DNA of 64,000 nucleotides from assembly GCA_964464515.1 (NCBI GenBank), contig CAYXGP010000001.1, positions 69,984 to 133,983 of the forward strand, given 5' to 3'. Shown in pieces: positions 45,547-57,800 of this stretch. The position numbers were made by a program, and so were the translations under genes. How positions within the stretch are numbered: position 1 is the first letter of the stretch; each line of letters opens with the position of its first letter. Source of the stretch: an uncultured Enterobacterales bacterium (GTDB taxonomy: Bacteria; Myxococcota_A; UBA796; UBA2385). The notes under the pieces were generated by a model. That model made no database searches and had not been told where the DNA came from. It worked only from the letters and a program-made list of their open reading frames with translations.

Positions 45547-47040
45547 TCAGGTGAACAGCTTGAGGAACGCGCCCACCGCCTTGCCGTACGGCGGCGAGAT
45601 GAGGTGCTGGATCGGTGCCAGCGCGCTCTGCTGATAGACCGAGCGGCGATGCGAGAAGGTGCGGAAGCCGTCCTCACCGTGCGTCGCGCCGATGCCGCTC
45701 GTCCCCACGCCGCCGAACGGCAGCATCTCGGCCGAGCAGTGCAGCATGGTGTCGTTGATCGTCGCGCCCCCGCTGATGGTGCGGGACAGCAGATCCTTGA
45801 CCCGCCGGGACCGGCGATCGAAGTAGTACAGCGCCAGCGGCCGGGGGCGGGCGTTCACGTACTCGATGGCCGCGGAGATGTCCGCGAACGGGACGATGGG
45901 CAGGATGGGACCGAACAGCTCCTCCTGCAGCACGCGGGAGTCGGGGGGCGCGTTCCGCACCAGCGTGGGCGCGATCTTGCGGGTGCCCGACAGGTCTTCT
46001 TCGGCCGGGTTCACGTCGATCAGCGTCGCGCCCCGATCGTGGGCGTCGGCGAGGCAGTCGCGCAGCCGGCGGTAGTGGCGTTCGTTGACGATCGAGGTGT
46101 AGTCAGGGTTGTCACGCAGGCGAGGGTAGCGCCGGGAGATCGCCGCGCGGAGCGCCGCCACCATGTCGTCTACCCGCGCTGCCGGACAGAGCAGGTAGTC
46201 CGGCGCGATGCAGGTCTGGCCCGCGTTGAACAGCTTTCCGCCAGCGATGCGATCCGCCGCGCGTCGCAGGGGGAACGAGGGGTGGACGATGGCGGGAGAC
46301 TTCCCCCCCAGCTCCAATGTGACCGGCGTCAGGTTCGCGGCAGCGGCTGCCATCACGTGGCGCCCCACCCCCGGTGAGCCGGTGAACAGCAGGTGATCGA
46401 GCGGAAGGCCCGCCATGGCCGCGCCGACCGTGGCGTCGCCGTGCACCACCCGAGCGACCTCGGGGGCCAGGGCGTCGGTGATCAGCTCTTCGAGGACCTC
46501 CGACGTGCGCGGCGTGAATTCGGAGGGCTTGAGCAGCGCGCGGTTTCCCGCGGCAAGGGCCGACACCAGCGGCGACAGCAGCAGGTAGCACGGGTAGTTC
46601 CACGGCGCGATGATCCCCACCACGCCAAGCGGCTGGATGATCACCCGCGCGGAGGCGGGGTGCATGGTGAGCGGCAGCGCGCGCGACTGCGGCTCGATCC
46701 AGTCCCGCAGATGCTCGCGGGCATGCGCGATCCCCTCCAAGGTGAGGTACACCTCCGACAGGAGCGTCTCGTGACGAGAGCGCCCACCGAAGTCGGCGTT
46801 GATCGCATCGGCGATGCGCCCGGAGCGCGCCTTCAGCGCCCGCGACAGACGCCTCAGCGCTCGCATCCGCTCGCGGTAGGGCAGCCCACCGTCGCGCTTC
46901 CAGGCGTCTCGGAGCTGCTGGTAACGGGCCTGAAGCTCGGCGACGCCAGCGGGACCGGGCCGGGCAGCCTCATCAGTCGCGGGGTCAGCGCGATCGACAT
47001 TGAGAGGGGTACTGAGAGGGGTGCTGTGAGATGAGTTCAT
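45547..47040 (-). CDS. Aldehyde dehydrogenase, coniferyl-aldehyde / ALDH3-like
   Basis: PWNYP, LKPSE, FTGS, LELGGKSP, NAGQTC, EELFGP, PFGGVG; ATG 47040. Confidence 0.93.
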   Translation of the reverse strand: MNSSHSTPLSTPLNVDRADPATDEAARPGPAGVAELQARYQQLRDAWKRDGGLPYRERMRALRRLSRALKARSGRIADAINADFGGRSRHETLLSEVYLTLEGIAHAREHLRDWIEPQSRALPLTMHPASARVIIQPLGVVGIIAPWNYPCYLLLSPLVSALAAGNRALLKPSEFTPRTSEVLEELITDALAPEVARVVHGDATVGAAMAGLPLDHLLFTGSPGVGRHVMAAAAANLTPVTLELGGKSPAIVHPSFPLRRAADRIAGGKLFNAGQTCIAPDYLLCPAARVDDMVAALRAAISRRYPRLRDNPDYTSIVNERHYRRLRDCLADAHDRGATLIDVNPAEEDLSGTRKIAPTLVRNAPPDSRVLQEELFGPILPIVPFADISAAIEYVNARPRPLALYYFDRRSRRVKDLLSRTISGGATINDTMLHCSAEMLPFGGVGTSGIGATHGEDGFRTFSHRRSVYQQSALAPIQHLISPPYGKAVGAFLKLFT

Positions 47041-47081
47041 GACCGGCCTCGGCTCATGGGTACCAGTTGACGCATGACAGA

Positions 47082-47095
47082 AGTGGTAAACCACT
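47082..47095. promoter_or_regulatory. Palindromic operator-like site AGTGGT-AA-ACCACT upstream of the ALDH gene
   Basis: Perfect inverted repeat about 40 bp upstream of the ALDH ATG, in a divergent intergenic region. Confidence 0.4.
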
Positions 47096-47287
47096 CTCGC
47101 CGACTGCGTTGCGCAGCAGAATGCACCGACTGCATCCCACACCAGCCGGTGTTGTCGGGGGCCTGCCCCCCGGCCCGATGCCACGGACCCTGCTGGAGCG
47201 CGGAAACCGCGTTGCGATTCCCGCAAAGCACCACTTAGTATCTCCACACCACGGATAACGGGCAATCCACCGCCCCAGGAGACGCAG

Positions 47288-48121
47288 ATGACCCCTTCCC
47301 CCCGCACCCTCCTCGCCTTGTCACTGCTCCTCGGAGCCTGCAAGAAGGACGAGGCAGCCGCCATGGACACCGCCTCCACCAGCTCCGGCACCATCGACGG
47401 GATCTACATGGTCGAGGTCCCCATCGAGTCGAACGACAACTGCACCGACACCATCGAGCACAACTTCGCCGACGCCTACCTGCCCGACGACAACGAGGAG
47501 TGGACGAACGACACCAGCAGCGCTCAGTCCAGCAGCCTCACGTTCATCCAGATCATCCAGATCGATGAAGAGAACGCCATCTTGATCTGGGAGAATGACG
47601 CGTTCCCGGGCACCGGAGAGGACGAGGACTGGACGTTCCTGTGGTCCGGCGAGGAGAGCAACTCGACCAGCGAGTCCCACGAGTCCGGCTACGAGTTCTC
47701 CACCAGCACCTCCGCGACGTCGTCGGTGGTCTTCGCAGCCGAATTCGACGAGGGCGAGCTGAGCGGCACCTGGGAGAGCGTGAGCCGGACCAACACCCAG
47801 TGGACGGAGTCGGACACCTGGAGCAAGACCCTCCTCGCCTCTCCGCAGCTGGGCGAGACCGGCCAGATCCCTTCAGCGCTCTACCTGGTCGTCGACATGG
47901 AGCAGCTCAACCCCAAGACCGGCCAGACGATGATCATCGAGGGGGCTGCGCAGACCAACGAGTGGGACTCGTTCGACTGCACCGCCGAGCCCTGCTCCCT
48001 CAAGGTCGTCGCGGCCTGCGAGGGCTCCTACGAGATCACCGGGGTCTGGACCGGCTACACCGAAGACGACGCCAAGGCCTATGAGGGCGTGGGCGGTGTG
48101 GGTCAGCCCCCCGGATCCTGA
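47288..48121 (+). CDS. Hypothetical acidic lipoprotein
   Basis: LGAC lipobox, AGGAG RBS, very D/E/S/T-rich. Confidence 0.75.
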   Translation: MTPSPRTLLALSLLLGACKKDEAAAMDTASTSSGTIDGIYMVEVPIESNDNCTDTIEHNFADAYLPDDNEEWTNDTSSAQSSSLTFIQIIQIDEENAILIWENDAFPGTGEDEDWTFLWSGEESNSTSESHESGYEFSTSTSATSSVVFAAEFDEGELSGTWESVSRTNTQWTESDTWSKTLLASPQLGETGQIPSALYLVVDMEQLNPKTGQTMIIEGAAQTNEWDSFDCTAEPCSLKVVAACEGSYEITGVWTGYTEDDAKAYEGVGGVGQPPGS

Positions 48122-48123
48122 TC

Positions 48124-50243
<2,120 letters not shown>

Positions 50244-50247
<4 letters not shown>

Positions 50248-51947
50248 CGCGCCTCCCGGGAGAGACGGTCGATGGCGTCGGCCAGCGGGCTGGGCTGCTG
50301 CGTCCCGGTCTCCAGATCCCGGAGCGCCACCTGGCCGGTCTGCCACTCTTCTGCGCCGAAGATCACGGCGAAACGCGCCCCCGCGTGGTTGGCTCGGCCG
50401 ACCTGGTGCCGGAGCGAGAGGGCGTCGCCCGAGTGGAGCTGCGGGAGGGTGCAGGAGGCCTGGACGCCGCGGGTCCGGAGCTGCGCGACGAACGTGAAGG
50501 CCGCGTGCTGGAGGTCCGGATGCTGGACCGCGACGTAGACCCCGCGGCGCGCTGCCGGTCGGGGAGGAGGCAGGGCCGCGGCGAGGCGCTCCACGCCGAA
50601 AGACATCCCCACGCCCGTGAGCAGATCGCCGATGTGCTCCAGCGGCGGCGGGGCGCGACCGGTCCGCAGGGCCCGCGTCTCCCGCGCCCGCTCGTACAGC
50701 CAGCGGTGGAGATCCTCGTAGCGCCCCCCGCCGCAGATGTCGGTGTGGGTGGCGGCGGTGTTCGGGGTGTGGATCTCGAAGGTCAGGCCCGTGTAGTAGC
50801 GGATCCCCCTACTGGCCGAGGCGGTGAGGAGGAGGGGGACCGGCGCCGCGTCGGGCAGCCCACCAAGCTCATCGCACAGCCAACGCAGGCGATCGCGGTG
50901 CGCGCGCGCTGCGTCTCCGGTGATGAGTGGATCGATCTGCGCGAAGAAGCGATCGGGCTCGGGATCGAGCGCCGCCAGCGTCAGCACCGTCCGACTCACG
51001 TCTTCCCAGCTTCCGCCCTGCGGCCAGCCGGGGCGATGGGTCTGGTTCCAGAGCATCCAGAGCGCCTCGTCGTACAGCTCCGGCAGCCGGGCGCGCCAGC
51101 GCGACAGGGGCACCTCAGTCGGCGAGAACAGCTCAGGCCAGCGCCGCTCCGCCTCTTCCCGGGACGCCCCGGTCAGGTGGGTGAGTCGACGCAGCAGCTC
51201 CGGGATCAGGCCGCGCATGTAGTTGGCGAGCTGGGCGTCGCTGCCGCGAACCCGCATCCGGACACGCGAGGAGATCACCAGGCCGTTGGCGACGGCATCG
51301 CGGGTCTTCCCGGTGAGGCCGAGGTCGGAGAGGATCTCGCGGAACAGCGCGTTGTGCCCGAGGTGCAGCCGCCAATCGGGCACGCCCACGGCCGTCATGC
51401 AGTCTCGGGCCACGCACAGCACCTCCAGATCCGCGTAGGCGCTGGAGCTGCCCACCAGCTCGATCCCGATCTGCCGGAACTCGCGAAATCGCAGCGGCGA
51501 GGGGTGGACGTCCCGGAACACCTGCCCCGCGTACGCCAGTCGATGCGGCAGATCCGGCGGGCGGCCGTGGTCGAGCAGGCGCGTGACGAACGCCCGGGCC
51601 AGGGGAGCGGTGAAGTCGGGGCGGAGGGCGACGTCGTGGGTGGGCTCGACAGGACCCGCGCCCGGCACACCGCCGGGGAACTCCGCAGCGTCCGAGACCC
51701 GCGCCATCACGAGCTGGTGGTAGAGCGACTCGCCGATGCGATCGGGGTGGTACAGCTCCCGGTACTCGATGGTGGGCACGCCGGTGGGCTCGAAGCCATA
51801 CCGCTCGAACACCTCCATCAGCCGCGCTTCGATCCATCGATGGCGGCGACTGGTGGCGCGGGTCTGATCGGGGACGCCTGCGGGGCGCGTGTAGTCCAGC
51901 GCGGTCAGCTCAGCGGGGGCCACATCGGGCTGTGAAGGTGGATGCAC
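50244..51947 (-). CDS. Divergent HisZ/HisRS paralog retaining a C-terminal anticodon-binding domain
   Basis: LRPDFTAPLAR, RLAYAGQVFR...REFRQIGIELVG, LGH, RGIRYYTG, GGGRYE, SFGVERL, C-terminal HQVGRANHAGARFAVIFGAEE...VALRDL; GTG 51947 after GGAGG. Confidence 0.8.
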
Positions 51948-52005
51948 CGATGGACCTCCGGGCGAGTCGCGCCGGGAGCAGCTAACACGGCCCCCCTCCG
52001 CGAAC

Positions 52006-52965
52006 TCAGGAAGAGACCCACAGCGACAGCCCCCGATGATCCGAGCCGGGGATCGCGAAGTGCGCGACGCCGCCCGCGCTCGCGGCGCCGACCAGGACAT
52101 GATCCAGCACGAAGAACGGGGCCTTCGGCCACCCCCCGCCGACCGGCCAGCTCACCGCCCGCAGCCCCCAGCGCAGCAGGGGATCAGACAGCCCCTGCGT
52201 CACGAGTCTGCGCCACGCAGCGCCGAGGGGCACCCCGTTCAGATCGCCGGCGACGACCACACCGTCTCCGGCGCGGCACGGCCCCCAGTCCCGGACCATG
52301 CGCCCGCCAGCGATCGCGTCGGCGATCCGGGCGACGTAGGGGCCGAGCCCGGTGGGGTCGTAGGGAGCCGGCGGCGGCCCGTGGATGCCGAGCAGGCAGA
52401 GACCAGACGACAGGCGGACCAGCGCGAGCGGCATCGCCATCGTCTGAGAGCCGAACGTCGGCGTGACCGCGGCCGCGCAGCCCGGATCGCGGCAGAAGAC
52501 CGCGGTGCCGTGCGAGACCCGCGGCATCTCCTCGTCGTAGTTGTCGGCGACGCGGTGGTAGCCCGGCAGGGACTCAGCCCGCCGCTCGATGGTGACGACC
52601 ACCGCGGCGCCGGTCGCCGCCAGGGCCGCGGCCATCGCGGGGGTGGTCGCGGCGTCCGCGAAGGAGTTGACGTTGGCGACGACCACGTGGGTGCCCACGG
52701 CGGGCCCCTCCGGGGGCGGGAGCCAGCCGCCAGCGACCACGCCGACCACCCCACACAGCAGGGGAGCGACGACAGCGCGGCGACGCAGCCCGACCGCCAG
52801 GGCCCACAGCGGCCACACGGCGAGCAGCCAACGCGGCGCCATCGCCAGCAGGGCCGCCGCGGCCTGACCGGTGACGTGTTGAGTCGGACAGAGGAGCGAC
52901 AGGACCAGACAGAGCGCGCTCAGGAGGGCGGGCCCCAGGCTCCAGAGCAGGGTCTGCGCAGTCAT
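52006..52965 (-). CDS. Membrane-anchored endonuclease/exonuclease/phosphatase (EEP, YafD-like)
   Basis: Three N-terminal TMs; ANV, AGDLN, LDHVL, GSDHR; TGATG overlap with the kinase stop. Confidence 0.88.
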   Translation of the reverse strand: MTAQTLLWSLGPALLSALCLVLSLLCPTQHVTGQAAAALLAMAPRWLLAVWPLWALAVGLRRRAVVAPLLCGVVGVVAGGWLPPPEGPAVGTHVVVANVNSFADAATTPAMAAALAATGAAVVVTIERRAESLPGYHRVADNYDEEMPRVSHGTAVFCRDPGCAAAVTPTFGSQTMAMPLALVRLSSGLCLLGIHGPPPAPYDPTGLGPYVARIADAIAGGRMVRDWGPCRAGDGVVVAGDLNGVPLGAAWRRLVTQGLSDPLLRWGLRAVSWPVGGGWPKAPFFVLDHVLVGAASAGGVAHFAIPGSDHRGLSLWVSS

Positions 52966-55277
52966 CACCTGTGCAGCATGGTGTCGCGGTCGCCGACCAC
53001 TACATAGGTCCAACCCAACGCCTCCATACGGGTATAGAACACGAGCGCGGGCTCATCTCTGTGCGACACCTCGTCGAAGCCCGAGGCGCCCTCTCGCACC
53101 GCTCTGGCTACCGACTCGATTGGGAAGGGAGGCAGCTCCAGCACGTCGGTGCCCGTCGCGGTCTGGGCCTGCTCTCCCGAGCGCACCACGACCCGAGCTT
53201 GTTCATCGAGCAGGTAGGTCTCCCACACCCCGGGGACCGTCGGGAGGTCGAGAAGCTGCTCGATCACGAACTCAAACGTGAACTCGACGCCCGCCACGCC
53301 GCGAAAGGCGCCCTCGTCTCCGTACAGCGACATGGCGCAGGGGAGAATCAGCCCCTGGCCGAGGGCATCCAGGTAGGGGCTCCCCCACTGGGGGCCTTCT
53401 TGATGGGCCGCCAGCTGGTACCACGGCCGGGTCCGGGGATCGTACCCGGCGGGATAGCCGCCCTTGCCCGGGTAGCTGTTGTGTATCCCCTCCTCGAGGG
53501 CCACATACGACCAGACCAGCGGCACGCCCTCGTCCATGATCAGGTCTCTCGCCTCATCCCGGGTCAGATGGCTGGCCCCGGGCCCCCTGCTCGACAGCAT
53601 CATCTGCTTGAACTGATGACGCAAGGGCGCCAGCTGCAGCAAGCGGGTGCGGATCGTCGCCCCGTCGTCCAGGGGAGTCTCCAGAGAAACCCCGGGAGCC
53701 AGCTTGAACACGGTCCAGTCCAGGCTCACGTTTCTGCGGTAGCGGGCGGACGACGTCACGCCTGGAGGTGAGCTGGCGGGATCTGAGAAGTCCGCCGCCA
53801 GGTAGAACGGCTGGGCCCCTGTTTCCTGTCTGTGGGGCTCTTGCCTGAGGGCCTGCACCGCTGCGGCCGCCAGCCCCTGGAGCAAGCCCTCGTAGATCAA
53901 GAAGTGGGCGTCGATGTGGTGGGCCTGCGTAGAGACGGAGGTGAGCAGGCTGCCCAACGTGTCTGCTCGCACGCGGGCGGTCTCCTGGCCGTGCGTGTAG
54001 GTGACCAGCGAGCCGGTGACCGTCAGGAACAGAACACCCAACATGACCAGCATGATCACGAGGGTGGTCTCGTAGTGGGATCGGACCCAGCGGGCGGCGC
54101 TCTGGAGCGGGGTGTCCGGGGCCGCGATCACCGCCTCTCCGCCGAGGAACCGCCGGATGTCCTCGGCGAAGGCCTCGACGGTGGGGTAGCGGTCTTCGGG
54201 GTCGATCATGGTGGCCTTGTCGATGATGGCCCGGAGCTCCCACGGGATCGTCACGCCAGAGACATAGTGTTCGATTGGGTTTCGGACGCCCTCCTGCGCG
54301 CTCGTGATCAGCGCGTCGTCCTTGCCTGGCACCGCTCGCGTGAGCGTGACCAGCTCGAAGAGCACCAGCCCGAGGCCGTAGAGATCGCTCCTGGGATCAA
54401 GGCTGGCGGGATCGCCCAGGGCCTGCTCAGGCGACATATGGGAGAACGTGCCGACGATAGCGCCGCTTCGGGCCTCTTCGCTGGGAAGCGCAGACTCGCT
54501 GCTGGCGAGATCCAGGCCGCCGTCCGGCAGAGAGTCCCGAGCGACGCTGCGCGCGACGCCCCAATCCATGAGGTACACCTCATTGTAGGGGCCGATCATG
54601 ATGTTGGAGGGCTTGAGATCCCGATGGATGATGCCCTTCCCGTGGGCATAGGCCAGGGCATCACAGATCTTGAGGAAGTGCTCGAGTCGAGTGGCGAGTC
54701 TGTGCTCCTCCGGCAGGGGCTGTGCCTGATCACGGAGCTTTCGGCTCTCGAAGATGTACCGCTTGAGCGTGCGGCCCTGGATGAGCTTCATGGTGTAGGA
54801 GAGGCTGCCCCCGGTCTCGAACATCTGGTAGACAGGGACAATGTTGGGGTGCTCGAGCTGGGCCGTTATCTGAACCTCTCGAAAGAAACGCAGCTTGGCG
54901 TCAGAGACGCTGATCGCCGCGGGCAAGATGCGCTTGAGAGCGACCGTACGGCGAAGATCATGCTCGCGGACTGCGAAGATCTCCCCCTCCCCCCCCTTGC
55001 CGATCGGCCCCAGCAGATCGAGCTTGCCGTCGATGTGCGGCATCCCGTCGTCGGCGTCCTCGACCTCCAGGCACGCGACCGGCAGGTCGGAGACCCCGGC
55101 TTCCGAGCCCGACTGCAGCGACTGGTGGGTCTCGGCGTCGATGTGATCGCGGTTCAGCAGCCAGTACAGAAAGCGATGGATGTTCTCCGAGCCCGTGTCC
55201 TCTTTGAACGTCCCGTACAACGCTCGAAGCCTAGGGGCGGGGATGGGGAGCACCTTCTGGAGCTCGGCAAAGTCCAT
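52965..55277 (-). CDS. Hanks-type Ser/Thr kinase with single TM and C-terminal dCache sensor domain
   Basis: GKGGEG, VALK, HRDLKPSN, DWG, MSPEQ; TM about 54000-54066; YDPRTRPWY...WGSPY...GVAGVE. Confidence 0.92.
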   Translation of the reverse strand: MDFAELQKVLPIPAPRLRALYGTFKEDTGSENIHRFLYWLLNRDHIDAETHQSLQSGSEAGVSDLPVACLEVEDADDGMPHIDGKLDLLGPIGKGGEGEIFAVREHDLRRTVALKRILPAAISVSDAKLRFFREVQITAQLEHPNIVPVYQMFETGGSLSYTMKLIQGRTLKRYIFESRKLRDQAQPLPEEHRLATRLEHFLKICDALAYAHGKGIIHRDLKPSNIMIGPYNEVYLMDWGVARSVARDSLPDGGLDLASSESALPSEEARSGAIVGTFSHMSPEQALGDPASLDPRSDLYGLGLVLFELVTLTRAVPGKDDALITSAQEGVRNPIEHYVSGVTIPWELRAIIDKATMIDPEDRYPTVEAFAEDIRRFLGGEAVIAAPDTPLQSAARWVRSHYETTLVIMLVMLGVLFLTVTGSLVTYTHGQETARVRADTLGSLLTSVSTQAHHIDAHFLIYEGLLQGLAAAAVQALRQEPHRQETGAQPFYLAADFSDPASSPPGVTSSARYRRNVSLDWTVFKLAPGVSLETPLDDGATIRTRLLQLAPLRHQFKQMMLSSRGPGASHLTRDEARDLIMDEGVPLVWSYVALEEGIHNSYPGKGGYPAGYDPRTRPWYQLAAHQEGPQWGSPYLDALGQGLILPCAMSLYGDEGAFRGVAGVEFTFEFVIEQLLDLPTVPGVWETYLLDEQARVVVRSGEQAQTATGTDVLELPPFPIESVARAVREGASGFDEVSHRDEPALVFYTRMEALGWTYVVVGDRDTMLHR

Positions 55278-55447
55278 ATGGAGCTCCCGTGCTGGGGTCC
55301 AGCTACCACGGAGGTCGTCTCACCGGCCTGGAGCGGCGGACCGGGCGGATGCAGCCGCTGAAGGGGCGAGAGACCACCAGGCTGGGGCGGCGATACGACG
55401 CCGTGAATTCAGGTTGATACAGTGCCTCCCTGCCCCTCGAGGTGCCC

Positions 55448-56992
55448 ATGACAGCGTCCCTGATCCTGTGTCTGCTCACCACCGCGCTGGCCCAGGATCT
55501 CCCCACCGATTCCCCTCCGGAGCCGCTGCCGGAGGTCCCAGAGCCGCTGCCGGAGGTGCTGGAGCTGCCACCCGAGCCGCCGAACCCCAACGCCTGCCGG
55601 GGGAGCGCGATCTTCCCAGCACCCGACTGGAGCGACGTCAGCGCGCAGATCCGCTCCGAGCGCCCCGAGGCCGTCGCCGCGTTGGAGGAATACGCCTTCT
55701 CTCCCGACCTGGATCGCGCCGATCCCGAGCGCCGCGGCGTACGCACCGACGGCGTGGTCATCGTGCATGGCGGGCGGATTATCTACGAGCGCTACGGCGG
55801 ACCCTACGGCCCGGACACCCTCCACCTGGCGTGGTCGATGTCCAAGACCCTGGTCGGGCTGTACGCCGGCATCGCCGTGGGAGATGGCTCGCTCACCCTG
55901 GACAGCTCCGCCTGCGACGCCGTCGCCGGGCTGCCCGAGACAAGCTGCGCCGTCCACCTCGACCACCTGCTGCAGTTCTCGTCGGGCTTCGACTGGCTGG
56001 AGACCTACGAGGGCCAGAGCCCGGTCGCCTCCAGCGTGCTCGCCATGCTGTACGGACAGGGCCAGGACGGCATGGGCGCCTTCGTCGCCGGCCACGCGGC
56101 CCGCGACGCCCCTGGCAGCACCTACATGTACAGCTCCGGCGACACCAACGTGATCACCCGCATGCTCGACGAGGCGTGGCGGCCGGAGCACGGCGAGCGC
56201 TGGCCCCACGCCCGGCTGTTCGAGCCGCTGGGCATGCCGCGCGCTGTCTTCGAGCGGGATCGCAGCGGCGTCATCGTCGGCAGCAGCTGGTGGTGGTCGA
56301 CGCCGCGAGACATGGCGCGGGTGGGGCTGCTGCTGCGCGAGGACGGCTGCTGGCAGGGAGAGCGGCTCGTGCCCCCCGGTTGGATCGGCTCGATGAGCAG
56401 CATGAACGACGCCATCCAGCAGGCCGCCTGGGACCGATCCGGCAGCGACGTGCAGGGGCGCCAGCTCTGGCTCAATCAGCAGGTCGACTCGCAGGGGATG
56501 GTCCGGCGGCCCTGGCCCCACGTGCCCGACGACGCCGTGGCCGCCATGGGTCACTGGAAGCAGTCGATCACGGTGATCCCCAGCCTCGACCTGGTGGTCG
56601 TGCGCACCGGCGACGACCGCGACGGCAGCTTCAGCCCCGATCGCTTCCTGTCGCTGTCCATCGCCGTGTCGGGACAGGGGCCCATCCTGGAGCCCGGCGA
56701 CTTCGACGCCCCGGACAACCCACCGTCCGCGCTCGCCCCGAACCGGGAGCGCAAGTACGACACCGGGCTGCTCCGCATCGCCACCGGCTTCGCCGCCAAG
56801 GAGGGGTGTAGCTGCGCGTTCGTCGCCGGACTCGACGACGACACCTGCCGGGAGTGGCTGAAGGTCAGCCCCGACGTCGCGAAGATGCGCTTTGATCACG
56901 ACGAGAAAGCGGTGCGCGCGCGGGCCCTGGGGATGGCCCGGCGCAGCGCGGTGTATGTGAACGCCGAGCAGGGGTGTCGGCTGGAGCCCTGA
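55448..56992 (+). CDS. Exported serine hydrolase (beta-lactamase-related, class C-like)
   Basis: Signal peptide, SMSK (SxxK), YSS, GH motif. Confidence 0.88.
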   Translation: MTASLILCLLTTALAQDLPTDSPPEPLPEVPEPLPEVLELPPEPPNPNACRGSAIFPAPDWSDVSAQIRSERPEAVAALEEYAFSPDLDRADPERRGVRTDGVVIVHGGRIIYERYGGPYGPDTLHLAWSMSKTLVGLYAGIAVGDGSLTLDSSACDAVAGLPETSCAVHLDHLLQFSSGFDWLETYEGQSPVASSVLAMLYGQGQDGMGAFVAGHAARDAPGSTYMYSSGDTNVITRMLDEAWRPEHGERWPHARLFEPLGMPRAVFERDRSGVIVGSSWWWSTPRDMARVGLLLREDGCWQGERLVPPGWIGSMSSMNDAIQQAAWDRSGSDVQGRQLWLNQQVDSQGMVRRPWPHVPDDAVAAMGHWKQSITVIPSLDLVVVRTGDDRDGSFSPDRFLSLSIAVSGQGPILEPGDFDAPDNPPSALAPNRERKYDTGLLRIATGFAAKEGCSCAFVAGLDDDTCREWLKVSPDVAKMRFDHDEKAVRARALGMARRSAVYVNAEQGCRLEP

Positions 56993-57104
56993 CGAGGGCC
57001 ATCGCGACTCGGGGCCATCCGGGCCGGGTCCTCATAGAGCGAGTCTGGAATCCGCCCCCCCGCTGCGTTACCCGCCCCACCCGCCTCCAGACCGCCGGTG
57101 CTCC

Positions 57105-57800
57105 GTGGCAACCGTGGCCGCATATTTCGACGTCGATGGCACCCTGGTCGGCTCCAACCTGCTGGGTCCGACCTGGGTGTACCTGAGCAATCAGGCCCAC
57201 CCGCGCCAGTCGCTGATGCGCGTCGGCCGCGCGCTGCTCAGCGGCCCGGCCATGGCCTTCGCTGAGCTGCGCGATCGACGCCTGTTCAACGAGATGCTCT
57301 TCTCGCACTTCCGCGGCATGAGCCGCGACCGCATCCGGGTGCTGGCCGAGGAGGTCTTCGAGGACATGCTGCGTCCGCGCATCTTCCTCGGCGCGAGCGA
57401 TCTGGTCCAGCGCTGCCACGACGCCGGTCAGCGGGTCGTGCTCGTGACGGGCAGCCTGGACTGCTACATCCAGCCGCTCGCCGAGCACCTGGGCGCCGAT
57501 CACGTCATCGCCAACCGCCTGGAGTACAAGGAGGGCAAGGCCACCGGCAAGCTGCTCCGCCCGGTGGTAGCAGGCCCCGAGAAGGCCGGCTTGATCGTGA
57601 AGGACGCCCATGCCCACGGCTGCGACCTCTCCCGCAGCTTCGCCTACTCCGACTCCTACTCAGACGTGCCGATGCTCTCGGTGGTCGGCCACCCGGCCTG
57701 CATCAACCCCGACAAGCGCCTGGCGCGGCTGGCCCGCGCGTACGACTGGCCCATCCTGGACATCGACCAGCCCCCTCGCGGCAGCGCAGGTGCCCCATGA
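57105..57800 (+). CDS. HAD-IB family hydrolase (ether-lipid cluster associated)
   Basis: FDVDGTL, VTGS, GPEK, YSDSYSDVPML; coupled to the downstream gene. Confidence 0.9.
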   Translation: MATVAAYFDVDGTLVGSNLLGPTWVYLSNQAHPRQSLMRVGRALLSGPAMAFAELRDRRLFNEMLFSHFRGMSRDRIRVLAEEVFEDMLRPRIFLGASDLVQRCHDAGQRVVLVTGSLDCYIQPLAEHLGADHVIANRLEYKEGKATGKLLRPVVAGPEKAGLIVKDAHAHGCDLSRSFAYSDSYSDVPMLSVVGHPACINPDKRLARLARAYDWPILDIDQPPRGSAGAP

